Virus record (IMG/VR): IMGVR_UViG_3300037042_001548
Span: 1 to 52,466 of that record
Reading direction: 5' to 3' (one strand)
Length of the DNA: 52,466 nt
DNA from: a virus
Lineage: Duplodnaviria; Caudoviricetes
The notes under the pieces were generated by a model that was given only the letters and a program-made list of their open reading frames with translations, did not search any database and was not told the DNA's origin. Each line of letters begins with the position of its first letter. Position 1 is the first letter of the stretch. Shown one piece after another: positions 45,501 to 52,466 of this stretch. The translations under genes were made by a program, and so were the position numbers.

Positions 45501-45559
45501 TACCACAAACTCAAAGCTTGGATGCTATGAAATACGAACTTATGATGCGGAGTAAATGA
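39599..45559 (+). CDS. giant multidomain (polyvalent-type) accessory protein, ~1986 aa
   Basis: Single open frame between terL and portal; PcfJ-like segment (LDHCV...SVRD..G.PVATIEF), an internal duplication, and a C-terminal GHFRG...IEEIQSD domain. Confidence 0.8.
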   Translation: MPPENLVDYTASPEEPSLDAMRYALTQRNATPNQQQRPLDGITDTFKRLAAEFNPLMMGRTLQDAPKVMYNAVAAPVAGTWAGALRNVQAAGAAQAYGALGMPQEAAAAQSRVQPVKPQDAQLQLRSNAGQQTQQALGEAFNALQLPPVGPGSGMPGSAPVSPRPILTPNDVRVMGARATHAVREAGQIPTDIANVRNAGIQRMSPLTGQPSVGSRMGTAIEGTSQAAGRVGDVARDVGQSTADYMQMRRDMGLSPVPGVPPEFFPDLRMYAMRPKDSTLVTPSVPPTKDVTALDIGTAPQTAIHDIGAHKPELRTSDALAYLAGMDLDIPRTDAQGIATITSERQAAFNAFIAAQANALYPDAPNSREAVLAMDDRFSRQADKDAARIKLYDEFRESPEGQAVDMGDLPSSTELQERHVAASQWLNSTLLNYAKRKFGAEGDPLVQQASQGFTMLPAEDVRRMSESVNEDVLKRRRAQAGMPVAGTLAPAIRDKSVELADATAAVEQLQQRREEYRNVAMQQGLPDPAQLPEYAATTNPLSAAVAKRDKLQDELSNLQLGRDYEKLSDIAVAVDTQPNLLGKIEYPQQQFYPSVTRARPDETLFHVSRNNALQSTGFNELAAQFYDDVIRGNIPIDKLKGLTVEKYVRGKSESRVAEEKRQVQATAALKTNIESRMQEDMALYVKPENYFGNVGVLELSTSTGFHIDEIRRLISDDTLVLDHCVAEGPTPGSKAKNLWNGRERRYMPLVDPATGQLLPNSSRTYTRYIREAGDPDANQAGMLASVRDKATGLPVATIEFAHASNGKYRIGYASGYQNGHVKKAYHDAIKEYLNSRADVINGSGGDLPNVGLIDLHSTEAVGELQRILGVPRRDAEALLDDALTNGGLPRFGTSDDLRQIFAKPQPAPVAQQHAARQPNTQQPVTVTALNDFVAFMRREVGVDAAATISHILQEARQSFPGAPDYMVLLSEQPTAFAERIAELAQEQGNALVAQFGTAFANRIAPPVAQQPAAAQPAARQPAAQQTVTANDLYNYLRDVAQAYGRDEGDAMMHVVRQVRQSFGGAPYEDLLREHPTAFAERIAEFAQEQGNAIVEQELLALADRIAPPVPPAAQLNPLAAWPLAQPEAQQPAVQGRGAGTVLIPRTRLAIDDAFELAERGLQGDDEATRRFAAFESDVRNAYLQPNATMNDLRLLRQRMANAIDFYERVSVNPVQEVADVIRNDLLPAIDALIAPPVAQQPAAPQQPALGLFEEFAIARDLLENARLDNQTFDTGDLGTTLFVLENGNFDDPRFRALGPQSAAAQREVAAALRQMMQEAGILTPGSQQIAYPGPPVDNQPTPQQQAIINDIRAADLADIVNFIEPNRWPLITARADRAAAGVLDNWPADWQDVHLADAAQTTEAIRNGQMPDITDGLDVIERELVAREVQQRIDDLAGRQRPIAAQPAAQQFDNTPFDDALISFDAGLTDIAMDVGWPGAIAEIDRILDDLAHGAGSIYGLWEGDEPLTDRTREYLATRLRELRQEYEIRAADAEREADLGDWEPDDDHPANRPTRQRPFPPGGAAATRGVPFGNLNIQPATTAAMLRGADTQPLRNFIQQFRALPGVTREGAQTALLGLERMDPTRRVTKAEFIRELVPSNYDVVDLKGTATRDEHLWQTLDDELEYAEVGEHFASLHGLSPSRYGAMLGENVYDDLSASVKRLLASKGITDEIEFDSAMLKAREELLQEQYTDAREYVADMGGGGDLEGYAYSDTQRLISDDSHGVYGEFGVTHPEQQGTYTHYDAAPEGMIGHFRGTSVSATPLVINVHTGSSARTKFKTKPNSYVIEEIQSDAQKGASQTAQLHQVHGLIFKAAVQKALESGATTVYMPTAAVIAKARGENATSFAPIYDQAVVKEGLKPLLKLQGVSSTMVNGYHEISFTPEAIEHILRGPGQTIPGYNAGGAVRKSAYDSTFALKYANGGTVPQTQSLDAMKYELMMRSK

Positions 45560-48105
45560 TGGCAACACAAATGCCGATACCTCCTGACTTTGGGCGCTTT
45601 GTTGGCCCCGCAGCAGAGCAAGAAGAAGATGATGACGGGCAAAAGCAATCGGTCTTTGAGATCTTTAACGCGGAGGAGTCCGAGCCCGACGTTGAAGAGC
45701 TGCCTGACGGCTCGGCCATTGTTCGCATGAATGATGATAAGCTACAAGGCCCGGATGAAGATCCGGACTTTTATGAGAACTTGGCCGAGCGGATTCCGGC
45801 CATTGATCTTAAAAAGCTTGCCATTAAGTACCTGGACCTGATTGAAAAGGACAAGGAAGCACGCGAAGAGCGTGATAAGCAATATGAAGAAGGCCTACGC
45901 AGAACTGGGTTGGGGAATGATGCCCCTGGTGGAGCGCAGTTTACCGGCGCTAGTAAAGTCGTGCACCCCGTCATGGCAGAAGCCTGCGTTGACTTCTCCG
46001 CCCGTGCCATTAAGGAGCTCTTTCCTCCCGACGGACCGGTCAAAACCAAGATCATTGGCGAGACTACTGATGAAAAAATAAAGCGTGCCGAGCGTAAGCG
46101 CGACTTTATGAATTGGCAGCTCACCGAGCAGATTGAGGAGTACCGTGATGAGCTTGAGCAGTTGCTTACGCAAAAGCCGTTGGGTGGCTCGCAGTACCTG
46201 AAGCTGTGGTTTGACGAGTATAAGCGTAGGCCTTGCGCCGAGTTTGTCCCAATTGACAACATTTACTTGCCTTTTGCAGCTGCAAATTTCTACACTGCGC
46301 AGCGCGTAACTGAAGTCAACGACATCACGCAGGAGACGTTTGAGCTTCGTGTTGCGCAAAAGATGTACACCGACATCGACTTGGTTCGTGCAACGCAAGA
46401 GCCTGAGCAAACCAAGTCGGAAAAAGCCAACAACAAGATTGAAGGCCGCGTTAGCCAGGAGATCAACGTTGACGGCGTCCGTAGGGTGTACCACATCTAT
46501 ACGTGGCTGGAAACTGATGATGACTCCTTCACCAAAGGCGAGCGAGCACCTTACATTCTGATGATTGATGACGTCACCGGCGAGGTGGTTGGGCTGTATC
46601 GTAATTGGGAAAAAGGCGACGACACGCTAACCAAGCTTGATTGGCTTGTGGAGTTCAAATTTATCCCTTGGCGTGGAGCATACGCCATTGGCTTGCCGCA
46701 TCTGATTGGCGGTCTAGCCGCTGCGCTTACAGGCTCGCTTCGTGCTTTGCTGGACGCCGCGCATATCAACAACGCGCCGACCATGCTGAAGTTGAAAGGC
46801 GCAAAGATTTCAGGCCAGTCCACGCAGATTGAGCCTACGCAGGTCGCGGAGATTGAAGGCGCGCCTGGCGTTGATGATGTGCGCAAGATCGCAATGCCTG
46901 TGCCGTTTAACCCGCCTTCGCAGGTTCTTTTCCAGTTGCTAGGCTGGCTTACCGGCGCAGCAAAAGGCGTGGTTACCACCGCTGAGGAAAAGATTGCCGA
47001 CGTCAACAGCAACGCGCCGGTAGGCACTACACAAGCGTTGATTGAACAAGGCGCTGCGGTGTTTAGCGCCATTCATGCGCGGTTGCATAACAGCCAAGCT
47101 CGTGTTCTTAAGATTCTCAACCGCTTAAATCGCTGGCACTTCGATGAGCAGCATAAAGGCCACATGGTTGAGGACCTTGGTGTAACCAAGGAAGACTTTG
47201 AGCGTGACACTGACATCATCCCGGTCTCGGACCCGCACATCTTTGCAGAGACACAGCGATACGCGCAGGTGCAAACCCTTGCCGCACGGGCACAAGCCAA
47301 CCCTGACTTGTACAACCGCTTGGCTGTTGAGAAGCGTATTCTTAAGCAGATTAAGCTGCCGGACATTAATGAGGTGTTGCCTGACCCGCAGAATGTTAAG
47401 GAGATGAACCCCGCGTTGGAAAACGTGGCCATGACGCTTGGCAAGCCTGTGGGTGCTTTCCCATCACAGGATCATTTGGCGCATATTCAGGTTCACCTGG
47501 ATTACATGCGCGATCCCGTGTATGGCGCAAACCCCATCATTGCGCCCGCCTTTACGCCGCAATGCTTGGAGCATTTGAAGCAACACCTTGTGCTGTGGTA
47601 TCTCAACCATGTTGAGCAGTACGCTGCAGCGGCATTGTCGCGACCTTTCAACATTTTGAAAGAGCAAGTGTTGCCTGCAGAAGCTGACCAGCTGCTTGCC
47701 GCAGTTGCGCAACATGTTCACCAAGATACAGGTCAGACTTTTGGCGGGGTAACACCGGTCATTGCACAGGCGCTGCAGATGTTGAAGCAAATGCAAGGCC
47801 AGCCTCCGCTAGATCCGGCAACACAGGCGTTTGTGCAGACCAGCATGGCTGAAACGCAGCGCCGTGCGACCAAAGATCAAGGCGAGTTGCAGTTGAACGT
47901 TGCCAAGATGCAGCAGAACGACCAGCACTTTATGCTTGACAAGCAGACCGAGTTGATCAAAAACACTGAAGACAACTTGGTGCAGGAAAGAATCAAGTCG
48001 GCAGAGCTTACGCGTGATGCTGCCAGCTTGCAAACTGAGCAGTTTAAGACTGCGATCGACGCGCAAAACGCAATCCAATCTACTCTAGGAGTTCAAAATG
48101 GCTGA
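45556..48105 (+). CDS. portal protein
   Basis: 849 aa; GASKVVHPVMAEACVDF.ARAIKELFPPDGPVK, FIPWRGAYAIGLPH, APVGTTQALIE, DIIPVSDP. Confidence 0.9.
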   Translation: MMATQMPIPPDFGRFVGPAAEQEEDDDGQKQSVFEIFNAEESEPDVEELPDGSAIVRMNDDKLQGPDEDPDFYENLAERIPAIDLKKLAIKYLDLIEKDKEAREERDKQYEEGLRRTGLGNDAPGGAQFTGASKVVHPVMAEACVDFSARAIKELFPPDGPVKTKIIGETTDEKIKRAERKRDFMNWQLTEQIEEYRDELEQLLTQKPLGGSQYLKLWFDEYKRRPCAEFVPIDNIYLPFAAANFYTAQRVTEVNDITQETFELRVAQKMYTDIDLVRATQEPEQTKSEKANNKIEGRVSQEINVDGVRRVYHIYTWLETDDDSFTKGERAPYILMIDDVTGEVVGLYRNWEKGDDTLTKLDWLVEFKFIPWRGAYAIGLPHLIGGLAAALTGSLRALLDAAHINNAPTMLKLKGAKISGQSTQIEPTQVAEIEGAPGVDDVRKIAMPVPFNPPSQVLFQLLGWLTGAAKGVVTTAEEKIADVNSNAPVGTTQALIEQGAAVFSAIHARLHNSQARVLKILNRLNRWHFDEQHKGHMVEDLGVTKEDFERDTDIIPVSDPHIFAETQRYAQVQTLAARAQANPDLYNRLAVEKRILKQIKLPDINEVLPDPQNVKEMNPALENVAMTLGKPVGAFPSQDHLAHIQVHLDYMRDPVYGANPIIAPAFTPQCLEHLKQHLVLWYLNHVEQYAAAALSRPFNILKEQVLPAEADQLLAAVAQHVHQDTGQTFGGVTPVIAQALQMLKQMQGQPPLDPATQAFVQTSMAETQRRATKDQGELQLNVAKMQQNDQHFMLDKQTELIKNTEDNLVQERIKSAELTRDAASLQTEQFKTAIDAQNAIQSTLGVQNG

Positions 48106-48385
48106 TGAAGGTATCAATATGCATAAGCGTTTGGCGATGGGCGCGTCTGAAGGGACGGCCAAAGCCAGCGGCAAAAGCGTGATTCAAAAATACGCAGCAG
48201 GCGGGTCGGTGATGCCTGAGTCGCGAGTGGCAAACCTGCCTGCTCGTGGTTCCGCGCCGCCGCCCCTGCCTAAGCCCGGTGGCAAAATCGCCACTATGAA
48301 AAAGGGTGGTGCTGCTAAAAAAGGCCCTGGCATGATGATTGCCGTGGCCATCCCCGTGAAGAAGTCTGCAGGTCGCGGCCGTTGA
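48098..48385 (+). CDS. small basic low-complexity protein with YAAGG and MKKGG motifs
   Basis: 95 aa; AGGAG RBS. Confidence 0.7.
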   Translation: MADEGINMHKRLAMGASEGTAKASGKSVIQKYAAGGSVMPESRVANLPARGSAPPPLPKPGGKIATMKKGGAAKKGPGMMIAVAIPVKKSAGRGR

Positions 48386-48392
48386 GCAATCA

Positions 48393-48578
48393 ATGTCTGT
48401 ACTTGGAGATTTCATCGGCCGCGTAAAAGTTGAGCAGGCCAAACTTGCGGATAGCCTTACACAAGGCTTTGCCACAAACTTTGAGACCTATCAACGCTTA
48501 GTCGGCCGGCACCAAGGCTTGCAAGAAGCCTTGTCCATTCTTAATCAACTACTTGAAGAGGAACGAGATGGTAATTGA
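48393..48578 (+). CDS. hypothetical head-module protein
   Basis: 61 aa helical; G.ATNFETYQRLVG..QGL. Confidence 0.75.
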   Translation: MSVLGDFIGRVKVEQAKLADSLTQGFATNFETYQRLVGRHQGLQEALSILNQLLEEERDGN

Positions 48579-49005
48579 ACTTATGCCGGAGGCTTCGAAT
48601 GAAGCCGAGTTGCGGGAAGCATTTCCTGCAGTTGACCCCGGTGCAATCCCCGTAGGCGGTAGGATCTTGGTGCAATGGCGCGCAGTGCGCGACAAGATCA
48701 CTAGCTCAGGCATTGTGTTGCCTGAGGAAACCAAAGAGACTGAAAAGTGGAACACGCAGGTTGCAAAAGTTATTGCAATTGGCCCACTTGCGTTTAAGAA
48801 ACGCGATTCCATGGAGCCTTGGCCCGAAGGCAGTTGGATTGCCGTCGGGGATTACGTGCGTATGCCTAAATGGGGCGGCGACCGATGGGAAGTACCCTTT
48901 GAAGTCGACAATGCCAAAGGCAAAGCGCTTTTTAGCATCTTTAACGACCACGAGGTGATTGCAAAAGTCACCGGTGACCCGTTAAAAGTAAAAGCTTTCG
49001 TGTAA
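48568..49005 (+). CDS. groES: GroES-like co-chaperonin (Cpn10)
   Basis: PVGGRILV, TSSGIVLP, KVIAIGP, VGDYV, IFNDHEVIA. Confidence 0.85.
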   Translation: MVIELMPEASNEAELREAFPAVDPGAIPVGGRILVQWRAVRDKITSSGIVLPEETKETEKWNTQVAKVIAIGPLAFKKRDSMEPWPEGSWIAVGDYVRMPKWGGDRWEVPFEVDNAKGKALFSIFNDHEVIAKVTGDPLKVKAFV

Positions 49006-49022
49006 GCTTTGGAGAATGACAC

Positions 49023-50015
49023 ATGACACCTACTGATAAGCTGGAATTGCAAGTCGCTGAGGAGGCTGATGGCTCCGCAGTGGTGCAAATGCCGCAAAAT
49101 GACAACGACGAGCTCTCGAACGCGTCAGATGACTCACAAAGTGATGATTCCGATGCATCAGATGAGGCTCAGGGACCCCAAAATGATGACGATAGGGGTA
49201 TACAGGACGACGACCCTGAACGTGAGGCCCTTAGGGCTGCACGCCGAGATGAAAGAAGGCTAAAAAAGCAGCTTCATCGTGAAAAAGCACGTGAATCTAA
49301 CCATTTGATTACTGCTCTGCGTAAGCAGAACCAAGAACTTGCACAGCGAGTGGCTACTTTGGAGACAAAGACCTCTGGCGCCGAGCTTGCAAGGCTTGAC
49401 AAGGCCATTGAAGACTCACAAACGCGTGTTGAATACGCAAAAATGAAGCTTCAAGACGCTGTAAACTCACGAAATGGTGCTGAAGTTACCAAAGCCCAGC
49501 AGCTGTGGTATGACAACCAGCGGCAGTTGGAGTCTTTGCAGTCAATGAAGACCAACGCGACCAAGCACATTTCGCAGCCTAAACAGCAAATCAAAGGGCC
49601 CGACCCGACGGTTCAGCGCATGGCAGCGACGTGGATGGAGCGCAATGGGTGGTACGACCCGCAGCTTAAAGATGCAGATTCCAAAGTTGCGCAGTCCATT
49701 GACCAGTCATTGACTGAAGAAGGCTTTGACCCAGCGCTTGCTGATTATTGGGATGAGCTCGACGAGCGGCTTCAAAAATACCTTCCCCATCGCTACAATT
49801 CCGGGTATAGTAGCAACACGAAAACTTCCAGACCCAGATCTGTTGTGACAAGTTCAGGACGTGAAGCGGTATCTAGTGTACGGGCCAACGAATTTAGAGT
49901 TGACCCAAAGCGTGTGCTTGCGCTTAAAGAAGCAGGCATGTGGGATAACGTGGAGCTTCGGAACAAGATGATTCGCAAATTCGCCGACTTTGATCGGCAG
50001 CAGAAAAGAGGTTAA
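49023..50015 (+). CDS. putative capsid scaffolding protein
   Basis: 330 aa; acidic N-terminus, long coiled coil, WMERNGWY; position before the capsid genes. Confidence 0.65.
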   Translation: MTPTDKLELQVAEEADGSAVVQMPQNDNDELSNASDDSQSDDSDASDEAQGPQNDDDRGIQDDDPEREALRAARRDERRLKKQLHREKARESNHLITALRKQNQELAQRVATLETKTSGAELARLDKAIEDSQTRVEYAKMKLQDAVNSRNGAEVTKAQQLWYDNQRQLESLQSMKTNATKHISQPKQQIKGPDPTVQRMAATWMERNGWYDPQLKDADSKVAQSIDQSLTEEGFDPALADYWDELDERLQKYLPHRYNSGYSSNTKTSRPRSVVTSSGREAVSSVRANEFRVDPKRVLALKEAGMWDNVELRNKMIRKFADFDRQQKRG

Positions 50016-50017
50016 TC

Positions 50018-50554
50018 ATGGATGATCGTATTCGTAAGAACACTCGTATGGACCGCAGCAACCGTGGGCAAGAAGACGCCTCACGTGCTGCGCCAGAAGA
50101 AAGCTTTGTTTCATCTGAGGAGCGTCGTAGGATGTTCCGCTCGGAATGGCTTCAAGAAGCTCTTCCGACTCCGCCAGAAATTCCTGGCTACCACCTGTGC
50201 TGGTTGTCTTCCAATAACCAATATGACCCTATTCACAAGCGAATGAGGATGGGCTATGAGCCCGTGAAAGCCGATGAACTACCAGGCTTTGATCATTTGA
50301 AGGTGAAAGCTGGTGAGCACGTCGGCTTTGTTGCTTGCAATGAAATGCTGCTGTACAAGTTGCCTATGGACATCTATCAGCAGTTGATGCTTGAGCTTCA
50401 CTACCATGCGCCTCAAGAGGAGCAGGAGAAGATCAAGGTTCAACAAGAGCAATTGCTAGGCGCGCGCGACAGTCACGGCAAGACGTTGGTTTCTATTGAA
50501 GGCGATGGCATGAATTTTGACGCCAAAGTTAAGTCACTTCCAGTGTTTACTTGA
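50018..50554 (+). CDS. conserved head-module protein
   Basis: LPTPPEIPGYHLCW...RMRMGYEPV...MLLYKLP. Confidence 0.75.
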   Translation: MDDRIRKNTRMDRSNRGQEDASRAAPEESFVSSEERRRMFRSEWLQEALPTPPEIPGYHLCWLSSNNQYDPIHKRMRMGYEPVKADELPGFDHLKVKAGEHVGFVACNEMLLYKLPMDIYQQLMLELHYHAPQEEQEKIKVQQEQLLGARDSHGKTLVSIEGDGMNFDAKVKSLPVFT

Positions 50555-50592
50555 AATGACTACCATTCACATTTTCATGAAAGGACTCAGAC

Positions 50593-51165
50593 ATGAGTGC
50601 AATTAGTGCACCGTTCGGTCTGCGCCCGGCCTTCCACCCTTCTGGGTTGGATCGAGCCCAAGCGCTGGCTGGCGGCATCGCGTCGGCTTATGCAACCGAC
50701 ATTCTTAAAGGCCAACCGGTCAAACTGAACTCGAGCGGCGTCCTTGTTGTCGCTGCTGCTGGCGACGCGTTCCAAGGCGCTTTTGCTGGTGTGCAGTGGA
50801 CTGACACCACCGGCCGTGCTCGCGTTTCGAACTACTGGCCTGCGTCCACCGCATACCAGACCGGTTCGTGCGTGGCGTATTTCTACAACGACCCCAACAT
50901 CGTTTATGAAATCCAGGCCGCCGGTTCGCTGGCACAAACCTCTATTGGCGACATGGCCGATTTGAGCAACACCACCGCTGGTTCCAATGTGACCGGTCTG
51001 TCGCAATGCACGCTCTCGACCACCCTGGTCGGTGCAGGCAACAGCGCGCAGATGCTGATCCGTGATCTGGCCCCGTACCCCGACAATGCTTGGGGCGATG
51101 CGTACACGATTGTTCGCGTAACCATTAACGAGTCGCAGTTCAACGCGTCCGTTAACGCCATCTAA
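50593..51165 (+). CDS. putative capsid decoration/minor capsid protein
   Basis: 190 aa; APFGLRP N-terminus, NDPNIVYEIQA; GAAAGGA RBS; immediately before the major capsid gene. Confidence 0.7.
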   Translation: MSAISAPFGLRPAFHPSGLDRAQALAGGIASAYATDILKGQPVKLNSSGVLVVAAAGDAFQGAFAGVQWTDTTGRARVSNYWPASTAYQTGSCVAYFYNDPNIVYEIQAAGSLAQTSIGDMADLSNTTAGSNVTGLSQCTLSTTLVGAGNSAQMLIRDLAPYPDNAWGDAYTIVRVTINESQFNASVNAI

Positions 51166-51179
51166 GGAGGGTCTGAACT

Positions 51180-52094
51180 ATGGCAGCCCCAATGAGAAGT
51201 ACGGACTTTCGGAGTATTGTTGAGCCTATCCTCAATGAATGCTTCGATGGCGTCTATGATCAGCGCTCTGATGAATGGTCTACGGTTTTCCGTGAGCAGC
51301 AGGGTATTCCGCGTAACTACCACGAAGAGCCAGTCCTGTACGGATTTGGCGCCGCGCCGCAATTGCCTGATGGTTCCCCTGTGGCCTATCAGCAAGGTGG
51401 CGTTCTCTTCCTGAAGCGCTATGTGTACAACGTGTATGGCCTGGCTTTCGCGTTGACCAAAGTGCTTGTTGAAGACGGCGACCATATTCGTATTGGCCAG
51501 GTTTACGCCAAGCATTTGGCGCAATCGCTGGTTGAGACGAAAGAGACTCTTTGCGCTAACGTGCTCAACTACGCTTTCACTGCCGGCTTCAACGGCGGCG
51601 ACGGCGTGCCGCTGATCTCTGCCAGCCACCCCTTGGTGTCCGGTACTGCCAGCAACCTGTTGACCACCGCAGCCAATCTGTCGCAAACCTCTCTTGAGCA
51701 GATGCTGATTCAGGTTCGTCAAGCTGTTGACAACAACGGCAAGAAGATCCGTCTGCAGCCTACCAAGCTGGTTGTTGCCCCTGGCAACACTTTCCAAGCT
51801 GAAGTTTTGCTGAAGAGCGTTCTGCGTGCCGGTACCGCCAACAACGACATCAACCCGATCAAATCGATTGGCTTGATGCCTGAAGGCGCTTCGGTCATCT
51901 CGCGTCTTACTTCTCCAACTGGATGGTGGGTTCAAACCGACGCACCGGAAGGCATGAAGTTGATGATGCGTCGTGGCCTGGAGAAGACCATGGAAGGCGA
52001 CTTTGAGACCGACTCTATGCGTTATAAGGCTACCGAGCGTTATGACGTGGGCTGGACTGACTGGCGCGCAATGTACGGTACCCCCGGCGTCTAA
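51180..52094 (+). CDS. major capsid protein (Mu gpT-like, HK97 fold)
   Basis: GDGVPLISASHP, LQPTKLVVAP, GDFETDSMRYKATERY.VGWTDWR. Confidence 0.9.
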   Translation: MAAPMRSTDFRSIVEPILNECFDGVYDQRSDEWSTVFREQQGIPRNYHEEPVLYGFGAAPQLPDGSPVAYQQGGVLFLKRYVYNVYGLAFALTKVLVEDGDHIRIGQVYAKHLAQSLVETKETLCANVLNYAFTAGFNGGDGVPLISASHPLVSGTASNLLTTAANLSQTSLEQMLIQVRQAVDNNGKKIRLQPTKLVVAPGNTFQAEVLLKSVLRAGTANNDINPIKSIGLMPEGASVISRLTSPTGWWVQTDAPEGMKLMMRRGLEKTMEGDFETDSMRYKATERYDVGWTDWRAMYGTPGV

Positions 52095-52100
52095 ACCTAG

Positions 52101-52120
52101 GCGGGGGCTTCGGCCCCTGC
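52101..52120 (+). terminator. GC-rich C(UUCG)G hairpin after the capsid gene (weak terminator or mRNA stabiliser)
   Basis: gcgggggc-ttcg-gcccctgc; no clear U-tract. Confidence 0.5.
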
Positions 52121-52140
52121 TCCATTAAGGAGAAAAGACA

Positions 52141-52466
52141 ATGGCAAATTTATTGGTAACCCGTTTCCCCAATGGCGTGACAAACGTCGGGGAAGATTCA
52201 CCGTTTGCTGATCTAACAATGCCAGCACCGACGAAGTTTCACACTTACTACGAAGATTTTGACTACTATGTAGCTGGAAATTGGACTGTAACTGAGACTC
52301 AGGCTGGTGCTACTCAGGCTTTGACAGACGGCGATGGTGGTTTACTTTTGATCACCAACACTGCCGCAGATGATGATCTTGTTGCTTTGCAAAAAGTAGG
52401 CGAGTCATATCGCTTTGCTTCAGGCAAAGAGCTTTTCTTTGAGGCTCGCTTCAAAGTTAGCGACGC
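52141..52466 (+). CDS. structural protein, 3'-truncated by the window edge
   Basis: MANLLVTRFPNGVTNVG...YYEDFD... open to the end; AAGGAG RBS. Confidence 0.8.
   Translation, partial: MANLLVTRFPNGVTNVGEDSPFADLTMPAPTKFHTYYEDFDYYVAGNWTVTETQAGATQALTDGDGGLLLITNTAADDDLVALQKVGESYRFASGKELFFEARFKVSD

Noticed and set aside
51162-51935. 257-aa minus-strand ORF
   Set aside because: Antisense to the major capsid gene; a codon-bias shadow.
1-52466. Stop-codon recoding, integrase/att site, PurZ or 7-deazaguanine pathways
   Set aside because: Genes are full length in the standard code with all three stops used; no recombinase, purZ, or que/dpdA-like genes recognised.

Overview
This window is most of the genome of a tailed dsDNA phage with podovirus-like organisation. 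It is linearised inside a tail-fibre gene at the left end and inside a gene after the major capsid gene at the right end. GAAAGG-type ribosome-binding sites and the small-ORF content suggest a betaproteobacterial host, but this is weak inference. Layout: (+) 1-20723 tail fibres/adhesin, lysis cassette (holin, GH108 endolysin), adaptor, tail nozzle and large ejection-type proteins. (-) 20724-34993 early/replication arm with a four-gene cytosine-modification operon, SNF2 helicase, VRR-NUC, PD-(D/E)XK exonuclease, family A DNA polymerase, SSB-like protein, MazG-like pyrophosphatase, DenV-like glycosylase and DUF932. (+) 35354-end primase-helicase, AT-rich origin/packaging-like region, TerS, TerL, a ~1990-aa accessory protein, portal, GroES, scaffold and capsid genes. 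I saw no integrase, tRNA, CRISPR array or reverse transcriptase. Main findings: (1) a compact T4-like DNA hypermodification pathway in a small PolA phage, made of a thymidylate-synthase homologue with the dCMP-type Asp, a dNMP kinase fused to a degenerate uracil-DNA-glycosylase fold, and a BGT-like GT-B glycosyltransferase; (2) a five-level nested (A5-B5) domain insertion in the tail nozzle; (3) a pseudoknotted ~105-nt RNA candidate after the SSB gene; (4) a recurrent promoter-hairpin-TTTGAnnTTTGAAAGG leader cassette; (5) shared Y-[AN]-x-GG and SLDAMxY peptide tags in putative head-packaged proteins. All family assignments are by eye from motifs; no searches were run.
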